Origin: Patescibacteria group bacterium UBA6201
GTDB taxonomy: Bacteria > Patescibacteriota > Minisyncoccia > Phycocordibacterales > UBA918
Direction: 5' to 3'
NCBI GenBank assembly: GCA_002422025.1
Contig: DISV01000005.1
Span: 136,834 to 200,833, forward strand
Length of the DNA stretch: 64,000 bases
Part shown: one piece after another, positions 1 to 9,087 of the stretch
Numbering within the stretch: position 1 is the first letter of the stretch
Layout of the letters: the number at the start of each line of letters is the position of its first letter
The notes under the pieces: generated by a model
Databases searched by the model: none
Seen by the model: the letters and a program-made list of their open reading frames with translations, nothing else
Told to the model about the DNA's origin: nothing
Position numbers and translations under genes: made by a program

Positions 1-32
1 CTCAACAACTGAATTTGTAAGCCAGAACAATT

Positions 33-722
33 TTAGGTTATTTCTTTGATAGATGTGTTGCGGTGAATTATTTCATCGTTACGAATAGATAGGAAGAATT
101 CGTATTGATTGCGTGGGTTGCGGCCATACCAATCGAGAAACTCGCTTGAGACTGGCTTCTTTTTTAGCTCTTCGCCTCGTAACTCAAGAAAACGATCGTA
201 TTGCTCAAATGCGTGGTTTTCAAACATATAGTTGAGCTCGTAGGAATAGCGTGGATTGACGAGATATAGGACGTATGACCACCAGAAGTAGAAAAAGGCA
301 AAGAACATAGGAATGAGTGTGTGGCGGATGAGGCCTGCCCGCTCCTCCCCTTTTGCAAGTTGAGATATAACCACAACATGCATAGTTTCGTTGTCCTGAG
401 CAATCTGAGCATACTTGGAAACATTGGATAGGTGCATAGCTTTTTTTTCGTCAGAGTAGAAGAAAGTAAGAAGTGTGTAGGCAGATGACGACCACGAATG
501 ATAAGGTACGCGTGCAATGACCTCGACCGCGCGGAATTTGAGATAAGACGGTTCCTTACCGTATATAAGATTGCCACACCACACGAGCGATAGTCCTAAG
601 AAGCGTGGCACGAAGCTCACACGATATTTATCGAGGGGTTCTTTGTACTCCCTAAGCGCTATCGGGTCGTTCAAGGCCTTGTTTAAGGCCTCTAGCTCTT
701 CATTACCACGTTTTAATTCCAT
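33..722 (-). CDS. alternative oxidase (AOX)-like diiron carboxylate protein
   Basis: 229 aa. Four putative E/H iron-ligand motifs are spaced as in AOX: AVEVIARVPY (like LETVAGVPG), NETMHV (like NERMHL), FENHAFEQY (like LEEEAIHSY) and NDEIIHR (like RADEAHHRD). Confidence 0.5.
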   Translation of the reverse strand: MELKRGNEELEALNKALNDPIALREYKEPLDKYRVSFVPRFLGLSLVWCGNLIYGKEPSYLKFRAVEVIARVPYHSWSSSAYTLLTFFYSDEKKAMHLSNVSKYAQIAQDNETMHVVVISQLAKGEERAGLIRHTLIPMFFAFFYFWWSYVLYLVNPRYSYELNYMFENHAFEQYDRFLELRGEELKKKPVSSEFLDWYGRNPRNQYEFFLSIRNDEIIHRNTSIKEIT

Positions 723-759
723 ACCAAGAATTTATTGTATTAACTCTTATATATGAACA

Positions 760-2025
760 CTACGTATTCTCGTCATTATCGAAATCAGCGTAGAGCTCCT
801 CTTCGGTAAGGTGGCGTACTTCGCCAGTGGCACGGGTTACTACTTCAAACTTCCCTTCTTCCTTCGTCTTACGAGAGACCACTACTCGGTATGGAATACC
901 GAGTAGGTCGCTGTCGGCAAACTTTTCCCCAGCACGTGCATCACGGTCATCGTAAAGCACTTCAACACCACGCTCCTTCATAGCTAAATAAATGCCATCA
1001 GTATAATCGCGAACCTCATCGTCATCCCCGTTTAGTCCGACTAGATGAACCTTGAAAGGCGCAACTGCTTCCGGCCACACGATACCCTTCTCATCTGACA
1101 GAAGCTCCACTACAGTTCCCATGGCGCGGGCTGGTCCAATACCGTAAGAACCCATAATGACAGGCTTCTCCTCCCCGTTTTCGTCTTTATACATGAGTCC
1201 GAGAGCTTCGGAGAACTTGGTGCCAAGTGAGAAGATATTTCCAACTTCAATACTCTTTCTTTTTTCTAGCTCTTCTTTGGTGATACCGAGTTCTGACAAA
1301 TCAGCCTCAGCTAAAACTTCCTCATTCACTGCAATACCCTTAACTTCGTTTACGTAAACAATATCTTCACCTGCCTCGCAGAGGGTCTGAAATTCGTGAC
1401 TAAATTTGGTGAAGGCTCCACCTGAAGCAAAGGTTCTATAGGTCTTGTCACCGATACCGATACGGTCGAATATCCGCTTATAAGCTAAGGCTGCCGCTTC
1501 GTAAAATTTATTATGTTCTTCTTCCGTAGCCGAGAAGGAATAGAGGTCCTTCATCCAAAATTCACGGGTACGCATAATGCCACTCTTAGCACGCGTTTCG
1601 TTACGAAACTTGGTTTGAATTTGGTATGGGTAGAGGGGTAGGTCTTTATATGAAGAAATATACTGACGCATTAACTCAGTAATGACTTCTTCATGAGTCC
1701 AAGCAAAGCCAACTTCGCCACCGGCGCGGAGATTTGATTTAAACCAAACATCAACTTTATCATCATCCCAACGGTCTGATTTTTTCCATAGAGTTGGTTC
1801 TTGGAGCGACGGCATATGAACTTCTTGTCCGCCAATCGCGTTCATCTCTTCACGGATAATAGCATTTATTTTTTCAATTACTCGTAGACCAAGTGGCAAA
1901 AAGCTGTATGCCCCAGCCATATTTTTATATATATAACCGGCACGCAACAATAACTGAGCGTTCTTAGACACTTCGTCCGCTGGTGCTTCCTTCCTAGTCT
2001 TGGTGAAAAGTTGTGATTGTCGCAT
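760..2025 (-). CDS. proS: prolyl-tRNA synthetase (short form without insertion/editing domain)
   Basis: N-terminus MRQSQLFTKTRKEAPADEV...LLRAGYI is typical ProRS. Class II catalytic core with a C-terminal anticodon-binding region. 421 aa. Confidence 0.85.
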   Translation of the reverse strand: MRQSQLFTKTRKEAPADEVSKNAQLLLRAGYIYKNMAGAYSFLPLGLRVIEKINAIIREEMNAIGGQEVHMPSLQEPTLWKKSDRWDDDKVDVWFKSNLRAGGEVGFAWTHEEVITELMRQYISSYKDLPLYPYQIQTKFRNETRAKSGIMRTREFWMKDLYSFSATEEEHNKFYEAAALAYKRIFDRIGIGDKTYRTFASGGAFTKFSHEFQTLCEAGEDIVYVNEVKGIAVNEEVLAEADLSELGITKEELEKRKSIEVGNIFSLGTKFSEALGLMYKDENGEEKPVIMGSYGIGPARAMGTVVELLSDEKGIVWPEAVAPFKVHLVGLNGDDDEVRDYTDGIYLAMKERGVEVLYDDRDARAGEKFADSDLLGIPYRVVVSRKTKEEGKFEVVTRATGEVRHLTEEELYADFDNDENT

Positions 2026-2030
2026 ATGTG

Positions 2031-3116
2031 TTAAATAATTCTCACTATATCATTATAGGTAACAGCTACCATCAAGAGTATCAAGAACGCAAAGCCGATC
2101 AGGTTTACGCGGGCCATCCATTCTGGATTGATTGGTCGACGGATAACTGCCTCAGCGATAACGAAGAGTAGACGTCCACCGTCAAGTGCAGGAATTGGTA
2201 GAAGATTGATGACAGCGAGGTTGAGTGAGATAAAGGCCGTGAACACCATAAGGGTTACAAAGCCAAATTCGGCCGCATCCCCCACCATGCCAGCGATACC
2301 AATCGGTCCAGTCACCTCTTCGAGGTTAGCAGAAAATGTGAAGGATGACGCAATAAAGGAGGTAATCCCTACCGTGATGGCCCATAGAGAGTTTACAGTC
2401 CGCATACTCGCACTAACCAGCGCATCTACTGGACCTAATTTTTTATTTTCAACGAGCGCAGTCGCAACTCCAATTGCCTCTCTCTCTGGATCTGATTCAA
2501 TTACACCAGAGCGAGGCTCTATCGTTACACTACCTAAGTCGTCTTTGTGTGTGTAGTGAATGGTGACGGCCCCATCTGAATCAGTAACAAAATTAGTAAA
2601 GGCGGTCGGAGTCAGGGTATTCAATGATCCACTCTCGGACTGAACTGAAATTACCTTAGCGCCAGATGGGATTCCGGCTTCATCGGCTGGTGAACCAGAT
2701 ACTGTGCTTGTAATAGTTAAGAAAGCCTTATCTTTATCGTAATCTTCTTCACTAACGATGGTTGGAGTACCAATCATTGCAACAGCGAAGAATATGAGCC
2801 AGGCAATCAGAATGTTCATAGCGACACCGGCCAAGAGAACAATGGCTTGGTGTAATTTAGGACGCATACCGAAAGCGCGTGAACTGTCGCTGTCTGCAGA
2901 GTCACCATTCTCTCCAAATATTTTCACATACCCTCCAATCGGTAAAAGATTAATGGAATATTCTGTCTCCCCCTTCTTAATTGAGAATAGTCGTGGAGGA
3001 AAACCAATAGCAAACTCATCGACCCGCATCCGGGCCCACTTGGCAGTTACAAAGTGCCCTAGTTCATGAACTAAGATAAGGAAGAACAGGACCGCTATGA
3101 AGAGAATTATAGTCAC
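2031..3116 (-). CDS. rseP: site-2 protease, RIP metalloprotease RseP (M50 family) with PDZ domain
   Basis: HELGHF zinc motif (HExxH) in TM1 and an LLPIGGYV motif. Multi-TM protein with a central PDZ-like region. Confidence 0.8.
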   Translation of the reverse strand: MTIILFIAVLFFLILVHELGHFVTAKWARMRVDEFAIGFPPRLFSIKKGETEYSINLLPIGGYVKIFGENGDSADSDSSRAFGMRPKLHQAIVLLAGVAMNILIAWLIFFAVAMIGTPTIVSEEDYDKDKAFLTITSTVSGSPADEAGIPSGAKVISVQSESGSLNTLTPTAFTNFVTDSDGAVTIHYTHKDDLGSVTIEPRSGVIESDPEREAIGVATALVENKKLGPVDALVSASMRTVNSLWAITVGITSFIASSFTFSANLEEVTGPIGIAGMVGDAAEFGFVTLMVFTAFISLNLAVINLLPIPALDGGRLLFVIAEAVIRRPINPEWMARVNLIGFAFLILLMVAVTYNDIVRII

Positions 3117-3129
3117 AAAGTTTATTTAA

Positions 3130-3669
3130 TTATTGGCTGATTTCCTTTTCCTTTTCTACGTACAGGGACTCCAGTTTTTTGTTTGTTTCATCGATTTGCT
3201 TTTGAGCCTTATCCTTTTCGCGCCTTGCTTCGTCTTCACCCAACTCTTTAGCTTTCACCTTTGATTCGATACCTTTCATCTTATCGTCACGAGCGCTCCG
3301 AACACGTACTCGTGCCTCTTCAAATTTCTGGCCGGCTAACTTGAGCAACGTAGCGCGACGCTCTCCAGTGAGTTCTGGAAATGTAATACGTAGTCCAGAA
3401 GAATCAGTGACAACTCCCAATCCTAAGTCAGCGTCAATAATCGCGCGTTCAATAGCCGCAACACTGTCTGTGTCCCAAGGTGATATGCGTAGGGTTCGGG
3501 CGTCTTCGATACCGACTGAACCAACTTGGTTAAGTGGAACTTTGGTCCCGTAACTGTCAATTTTTATGCTATCCAAAATACTAGGGGTGGCTTGGCCAGT
3601 TCGGATGCCGGAAAATTCACCACGAAGCCAAGTGGTAGAGGCATCTAATTTTTGAGTGAAATCATCCAT
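3130..3669 (-). CDS. frr: ribosome recycling factor
   Basis: 179 aa. Frr-like signature GIRTGQATPSILDSIKIDSYG...LRISPWD. Confidence 0.9.
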   Translation of the reverse strand: MDDFTQKLDASTTWLRGEFSGIRTGQATPSILDSIKIDSYGTKVPLNQVGSVGIEDARTLRISPWDTDSVAAIERAIIDADLGLGVVTDSSGLRITFPELTGERRATLLKLAGQKFEEARVRVRSARDDKMKGIESKVKAKELGEDEARREKDKAQKQIDETNKKLESLYVEKEKEISQ

Positions 3670-3724
3670 ATCTAGTTAGTTTTAATTTTTAAATTTTTGG
3701 TCTCAGTGTTAATGAGAGGCTGTT

Positions 3725-4315
3725 TTAGGTCCCAAGGCTCAGTGCCAGCTCTTCCATCAACATCTTTCGGGAAGCTCCCCGATTATAAACATATTTTTCG
3801 CAGAGCAACAATGAACGCTTAGCATCGGGTGAAAGTTCACTGAGGTGTTGCTCCCCTATGTCACGCACTATCCTACCAAGGCTCTGGGGGTCATCTTTAG
3901 CTAATTTCGCTATTGTATCTATACGTTCTTTCAAGGACTGCTCAAGGAATGGAGCGGTTACTTCTGACTGAGGCACAGAGTTACCTGTAATTATCAAGCG
4001 TGAACGCAGAGTCGGAATTAGGATTGATTGGTGCGGAATCACCAGAAAAAAAACGGTGTTCTCTGGTGGTTCTTCGAATAATTTTAAGAGAGCGTTCTGG
4101 GCTTCAATTGTTAGTCCCTTAGTGACGATTATAAATTGATGAAGGCCGGTTCCAAGCGCCTTCTTGGCACTTTCTCTAACTAACCAACGCGCCTCATCAA
4201 TACCGAAATTATCGACAAGTAGATGTCTGGTGTCAGCGGTCTCGGACTTTAACTCTTCTGGCAGAGAAGCACTCTCTAACGAGTTGGCGATTATGAGTTG
4301 AGCGTGGGCAATCAT
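3725..4315 (-). CDS. holB: DNA polymerase III delta-prime-like subunit (no Walker A)
   Basis: ALLKLFEEPPENTVFFLV...TLRSRL matches the delta/delta-prime box VI-VII region. Confidence 0.55.
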   Translation of the reverse strand: MIAHAQLIIANSLESASLPEELKSETADTRHLLVDNFGIDEARWLVRESAKKALGTGLHQFIIVTKGLTIEAQNALLKLFEEPPENTVFFLVIPHQSILIPTLRSRLIITGNSVPQSEVTAPFLEQSLKERIDTIAKLAKDDPQSLGRIVRDIGEQHLSELSPDAKRSLLLCEKYVYNRGASRKMLMEELALSLGT

Positions 4316-4419
4316 TACTTCATTTTATCATGATTCCTTTTATACCAGCTCCAATTAATGCTTTCCTAAAGGAACACCGTAAGATTTTGGCTGCAAAACT
4401 TACGGTGTTACGGAAATGA

Positions 4420-6105
4420 TTAATTGGAGCTGGTATTAGCCTGTGCCCTTTGTCTTTCTAGTACTTGGCGAATCACACGTCTTAGATAATTTTCGAAAGT
4501 CTCACCCATTTCGTGCATTACTCCCTGTTCGTAGCGCCAGCCAGTCATATAGTCACTTAGGTGGCGCTTAATGTCTGGGGTTACTCCCTCGAAACGGCCA
4601 GATATGACCGAAGCCATCGGCATACTTGCCAATTTTTTATAAAGTGGGTGATCAATGCCAGAAGGACCCGTGCCAAGAAAACCACTCTTTTTAAACAGCA
4701 CCCATTCAGATAATAATTGTCGGAGGCCCGCCTCCACTTCTGGAGACTTTAGGTCCGTAATTGGCTTCTTGGCTTCTTCCTCTCGCTTGGCGGCTGCTGA
4801 TTTTATTGCCGCCATTTTTTCGGGCAAAGTAACAGACGCGCTTTGCAGTGGCTGAAGTTTGTCGGACTGTATTGGTGTTGGTGGAGTAGTTGTTGTAGAT
4901 GCTGTCTTAGGATTTACTTCAACCTTCCTTATGTTTGTATTTGGTATTTCTGATACGGCTGGCTTTACTTCTTTATCTTGTTTCTTAGGTAGTGGAGACT
5001 TGAAAAACTTACTAGCAAATGATGTTGGTTTAAAAGTCGCCTCAACTTCTGTTTCATCGGAAGGGTGATGATATAAACCTTCGGTTTGTTGTGGGGGTGT
5101 TGGTGGTGGGGTTTCTGTATCTTTGACTGGTGTTGGGGCTGGTACAGGGGTAGGAACTGGTGTTGTCGGTATTCTTGTAATCTTCAAGGTGGAAGTCGGT
5201 TTCTCGACTGGTGCGACTGCCTCTAGAGTAGGTGGGGTGACGGGTATTTCTGTTGTCTTCGTCTCCTCAACTTTAGGTTCAGGTGGTGTGGTTGTTGTTT
5301 GACTGAGACCTTTTTCTATAATCAAATCAAGCGTAGCTTTGTATGCGGCCTCGAGTCGTGGTAGTGACTCGGCACCTCCTCCAGCACTCGATCGCTTCAT
5401 GGCGTCTAGGAGAGCCGACATATATTCTCTGCCAATCGTTTCATCAGCATTAATGACATTAACAGGATTGCCAACTCGGCCGTTGATATCGTGCTTGATA
5501 GCGTCGATACGGGCACGGACATCTATTGTTGATACTGCCACAGGTGCAGCTGGTGCTGGAGTGGGTATTTCTACCGGCTCAATCTCTGCCGGTGCTGACG
5601 GTATTTGTGTTGGTGGTTTTGGTGTCTTTTCTGAAATAGGCGGTTCAGGTACGACTTTAGGCACTACTTCTTCAATAGTTGTTTCTATTTTTGGTGTATG
5701 CGCTGTGGTGGCAGATTCTTCTGGGGCGATTACTTTGGCTGGTAGCTCATTAGATATTGAAAAGTCTGGAGCCGGTCGAGTTTGGCCGAATGAATCATTA
5801 AAATTACTTTGTGGTCTTGCTTCAGTATTTGCTCTTCCCCCACTGTTGCTGATAATGAGTGAAGACAGCTGGGGGTTCTTTCCGATTTGTTCAACAATTT
5901 TATTTTTGATGGTGGACCTTTTTGCCTCATCGCTTTCTCCAGCGTATGCTAAAAAGAGATCTCGCAAAGAGTTTTTACTTTCAGGTGGAATCGCAGCTTG
6001 GCGCAGTGTTGATAGTGCTTTCACGATACCAGCCTCGCCACCAAAAATGTCGGTGTCGGAGTTTTTTGCGACGTTTAAATCACCCGAAGGAGCTACAACA
6101 TTCAT
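4420..6105 (-). CDS. hypothetical Pro/Thr-rich protein (low-complexity central region)
   Basis: 561 aa. Long PT-rich tracts (TPVPTPVPAPTPV and similar) between structured N- and C-terminal regions. No recognisable catalytic motif. Confidence 0.4.
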   Translation of the reverse strand: MNVVAPSGDLNVAKNSDTDIFGGEAGIVKALSTLRQAAIPPESKNSLRDLFLAYAGESDEAKRSTIKNKIVEQIGKNPQLSSLIISNSGGRANTEARPQSNFNDSFGQTRPAPDFSISNELPAKVIAPEESATTAHTPKIETTIEEVVPKVVPEPPISEKTPKPPTQIPSAPAEIEPVEIPTPAPAAPVAVSTIDVRARIDAIKHDINGRVGNPVNVINADETIGREYMSALLDAMKRSSAGGGAESLPRLEAAYKATLDLIIEKGLSQTTTTPPEPKVEETKTTEIPVTPPTLEAVAPVEKPTSTLKITRIPTTPVPTPVPAPTPVKDTETPPPTPPQQTEGLYHHPSDETEVEATFKPTSFASKFFKSPLPKKQDKEVKPAVSEIPNTNIRKVEVNPKTASTTTTPPTPIQSDKLQPLQSASVTLPEKMAAIKSAAAKREEEAKKPITDLKSPEVEAGLRQLLSEWVLFKKSGFLGTGPSGIDHPLYKKLASMPMASVISGRFEGVTPDIKRHLSDYMTGWRYEQGVMHEMGETFENYLRRVIRQVLERQRAQANTSSN

Positions 6106-6306
6106 ATCACTATGATTGTATCACTGAGCCACACACTATATAGGTTCACTTATGTGAATTAGTGCATAGTTGATATTAATAAAGTGACGACTTGTCTTAT
6201 CTCCTGGTCGTCACTCTTCTTGCTTGTGACACTGTAGTAAATTTTATTCTATCGTTGAGGATAGAATAACTAAAGTAACGAGACAGGTCTTTCCTGTTTA
6301 GTTTGC

Positions 6307-7320
6307 TTATCGTTTTGCCAGAATAGTCTGCTTGTAACTATCGAGGTGTTCAAGTGCGATGCCAGTACCTTTAGCCACACAGAAAAGGGCTTGGTCGGCA
6401 AGGCTCGCAGAGACTCCTGTACGTCTACGAATTAGTTCTGGAAAATTGCGCAATTGCGAAGTACCACCAGTCATAATGATTCCAGTGCCCATGATGTCGG
6501 AGGCTAGTTCTGGTGGAGTGTCTTGAAAGACATCCTTGATTGCCTTAATCATCTCTCGAAGTTCCTTCCCAATCGCCTGAACGACCTCATTAGTCTTTAT
6601 TTCAGTGACTCTCGGTAGACCAGTTAGGGTATCAATACCCTTTATTTCTATCATTAGCTCTTCTTGGACCGGTAAGGCTGAACCAATTTTAATTTTTACT
6701 TCTTCAGCCGTTTTTTCTCCAATGGCAAGGTTGCGAGTTTTTTTCACATGGTCAATGATGGCGGCGTCGATACGATTACCCGCACACTTCACAGAGTTCG
6801 AGGCGACAATTCCGCCCAGAGAGATGACCGCGACGTCGATAGTTCCGCCACCGCAGTCCACTATCATGTGTCCTTGAGGTTCATAGATAGGTACGCCGGC
6901 TCCGATAGCGGAAAGAATCGGTTCTTTGACCACATAGGCATTTTTAGCACCAGCCTTGATGGCAGCTTCAACCACTGCGCGCTTCTCGGTTGAGGTAACT
7001 CCGGCGGGTACTGATATTAATACTTCAGGTCGGAAAAAGTTCCAACGCCCAAGCGCCTCACGAATAAAGTGGTTCAACATAATCTCCGTGACACGGTAGT
7101 CAGCAATGACACCATCACGAAGTGGGCGGTAAGCATGGATTGTGTCAGGCGTGCGGCCAATCATTTCCTTGGCAGCTGTCCCTACCGCTAGGACTTGATT
7201 GTTATTAGAAACTGCGACTACAGAAGGTTCGTTTAAAACGACCCCCTGGCCTGGTATGAATACCAAGACACTAGTGGTGCCTAGGTCTATGCCGAGCCTG
7301 GGAGTAAATCGTGACAACAT
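6307..7320 (-). CDS. mreB: rod shape-determining protein MreB (actin-like ATPase)
   Basis: GIDLGTTSVLVF phosphate-1 motif and DxGGGTxD motifs. The track ORF begins at a TTG at 7359; the internal ATG (MLSRFTPRLGIDLG) at 7320 is the more plausible start. Confidence 0.85.
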   Translation of the reverse strand: MLSRFTPRLGIDLGTTSVLVFIPGQGVVLNEPSVVAVSNNNQVLAVGTAAKEMIGRTPDTIHAYRPLRDGVIADYRVTEIMLNHFIREALGRWNFFRPEVLISVPAGVTSTEKRAVVEAAIKAGAKNAYVVKEPILSAIGAGVPIYEPQGHMIVDCGGGTIDVAVISLGGIVASNSVKCAGNRIDAAIIDHVKKTRNLAIGEKTAEEVKIKIGSALPVQEELMIEIKGIDTLTGLPRVTEIKTNEVVQAIGKELREMIKAIKDVFQDTPPELASDIMGTGIIMTGGTSQLRNFPELIRRRTGVSASLADQALFCVAKGTGIALEHLDSYKQTILAKR

Positions 7321-7358
7321 TACGGTAGAGTATAACAAAAGTTTATCCACATTGTTCA

Positions 7359-7378
7359 ATATAGCCTATATGCTATAT
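7359..7378. promoter_or_regulatory. inverted repeat ATATAGC-n6-GCTATAT immediately upstream of the HTH-murA start codon (operator-like)
   Basis: Perfect 7-bp arms with a 6-bp spacer, 11 bp before the ATG at 7389, in the mreB/murA divergent region. Confidence 0.35.
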
Positions 7379-7388
7379 TTTCATAACC

Positions 7389-8915
7389 ATGAAAATAAAC
7401 GAGACTAATAACCTAGGAAAGCAAATCGCAGATCTGCGCGAAGCTGCCGGGATGACACAGACAGACTTGGCGCGGAAACTTAAAACCACTCAAAGTGCTA
7501 TTGCACGTATTGAGGCTGGTAAGCAAAATATCTCTACTGACACACTGAAGAAGCTTTCCCGGGCCCTTGGTCGCAATTTATTGTCTCTCTCAGTTGGGAG
7601 TCTAAGCCTGGAAATTGTGGGTGGCAAAAAACTCCACGGCACCATTGAAACTAATACCTCCAAAAATGGTGCAGTTGGACTCTTGTGTGCCTCGCTTTTA
7701 AATAAAGGAAAAACTACACTTCGTCGGATGCCTCGTCTCGAAGAGGTACATCGCCTCATTGAGGTACTGGAATCAATCGGTACAAGTGTGGTGTGGCAAG
7801 GCAGTGACATCGTTATCACTCCGCCTAAAAAGCAGCAACTTGAAAAAATCGACAAGGAAGCAGCGGTGAAAACACGCAGTATCATAATGTTTATTGGTGC
7901 TTTGATGCATCGCTTTGATTCGTTTTCACTACCGCAGTCCGGTGGTTGCAAGCTTGGCAGTCGCACTGTTCGCCCCCATTTCTATGCACTTGAACATTTT
8001 GGGGTTGATATCAACACGACCGATAATGCGTTTGAGGTCACAGTTTCGTCTAGTCAGACTAGACGAAAAGAGCGAGAGGTTATTCTTTATGAGTCTGGCG
8101 ACACAGTGACTGAGAATGCTCTATTTGCCGCTGCCCTTACCCCTTCGCGTACTGTGATTAAGTATGCAACATCAAATTATATGGTGCAGGAGGTCTGTGC
8201 CTTCCTGATGAAGGCTGGTGTTTCTATCGAAGGGATCGGCACAACCACTTTGATTGTGGATGGACTCGCTGACCTTGATACAAACATCGAATACACTCTT
8301 TCTGAGGATCCAACTGACACTATGTTCTTCCTTAGTGCCGCTATTCTCACTAATTCGTCCATCACTATCACCCGTTGCCCAATCGACTTCTTGGAGTTGG
8401 AACTTTTGGTGCTTGAGAAGATGGGCTTTAAGTATGAACAGAGCGCTCCTTACTTATCTGAAAATGGTCTAACTAAATTAGTGGACCTAAAGACCAAGCC
8501 TTCCAAACTTATTGCTCCACCTGAGAAGGTGCATTCTCGTCCGTATCCAGGCCTCAATGCCGACAACCTTCCTTTCTTCGCTGTTATTGCGACTCAGGCT
8601 GAAGGTCAGACGCTTATCCACGACTGGATGTACGAGAAGCGTGCGCTCTACTTCACTGAACTTGATAAACTCGGCGGTGATACTCTCTTGGCTGACCCAC
8701 ACCGCATTTATATTAACGGAAGGACACCGCTACGTGCTACTGAGCTTGTGTGTCCCCCAGCGCTTCGTCCGGCTACTATTCTTTTGATTGCGATGCTTGG
8801 GGCAGATGGTCGTTCAGTCTTACGCAATATCTACTCCATTAACCGTGGGTATGAAAAGCTAGTGGAAAGGCTCTCGTCACTAGGGGCGGAGATTAGGTAT
8901 ATGGAGGAGTTTTAG
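7389..8915 (+). CDS. murA: UDP-N-acetylglucosamine 1-carboxyvinyltransferase with N-terminal XRE-family HTH extension
   Basis: Residues 1-65 form an XRE helix-turn-helix (QTDLARKLKTTQSAIARIEAG). From about residue 73 the MurA/EPSP-synthase fold starts (LEIVGGKKLHGTIETNTSKNGAVGLL) and includes the catalytic Cys loop SGGCKLGSR. The frame is continuous with no stop between the two parts. Confidence 0.8.
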   Translation: MKINETNNLGKQIADLREAAGMTQTDLARKLKTTQSAIARIEAGKQNISTDTLKKLSRALGRNLLSLSVGSLSLEIVGGKKLHGTIETNTSKNGAVGLLCASLLNKGKTTLRRMPRLEEVHRLIEVLESIGTSVVWQGSDIVITPPKKQQLEKIDKEAAVKTRSIIMFIGALMHRFDSFSLPQSGGCKLGSRTVRPHFYALEHFGVDINTTDNAFEVTVSSSQTRRKEREVILYESGDTVTENALFAAALTPSRTVIKYATSNYMVQEVCAFLMKAGVSIEGIGTTTLIVDGLADLDTNIEYTLSEDPTDTMFFLSAAILTNSSITITRCPIDFLELELLVLEKMGFKYEQSAPYLSENGLTKLVDLKTKPSKLIAPPEKVHSRPYPGLNADNLPFFAVIATQAEGQTLIHDWMYEKRALYFTELDKLGGDTLLADPHRIYINGRTPLRATELVCPPALRPATILLIAMLGADGRSVLRNIYSINRGYEKLVERLSSLGAEIRYMEEF

Positions 8916-8919
8916 AATT

Positions 8920-8946
8920 AGTACACAGTACACAGTACGCAGTACG
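8920..8946. repeat. tandem heptamer repeat (AGTACAC)x2 AGTACGC AGTACG directly after the murA stop
   Basis: Seen directly in sequence. Same family as the repeat at 41721-41753, in the same orientation relative to the upstream gene. Confidence 0.7.
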
Positions 8947-8984
8947 ATTGAGACGTTGTCTTAGTTCAACTTGATTCAACAGAT

Positions 8985-9014
8985 TATCTCCTTATCATCG
9001 ATGATAAGGAGATA
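8985..9014. repeat. perfect 30-bp palindrome TATCTCCTTATCATC|GATGATAAGGAGATA
   Basis: 15-bp arms with no spacer, centred on ATCGAT, in the murA-priA intergenic region. Confidence 0.8.
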
Positions 9015-9087
9015 CAAAAATGCCTTTTAAACTGGATTTTTACGTATCCACTAGACTCAATCCCCTATTCCCTATACCCTAGTAACT

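Noticed and set aside
164-577. Many ORFs of 60-260 aa on the strand opposite to, or out of frame within, confident genes. Examples are 164-577, 1157-1357, 2128-2556, 5339-6115, 7490-7966, 53128-53667, 56148-56414 and 62630-62908.
   Set aside because: They lie fully inside well-supported coding regions (ProRS, RseP, MurA, SulP, RpoC and others). They have low-complexity composition and no RBS, so they are shadow ORFs.
8920-8946. Considered whether the short tandem repeats (8920, 41721) or the A/B repeats could be a CRISPR array.
   Set aside because: The units are 7 bp, or only two copies with no regular spacers, and no cas genes are present. No CRISPR is called.
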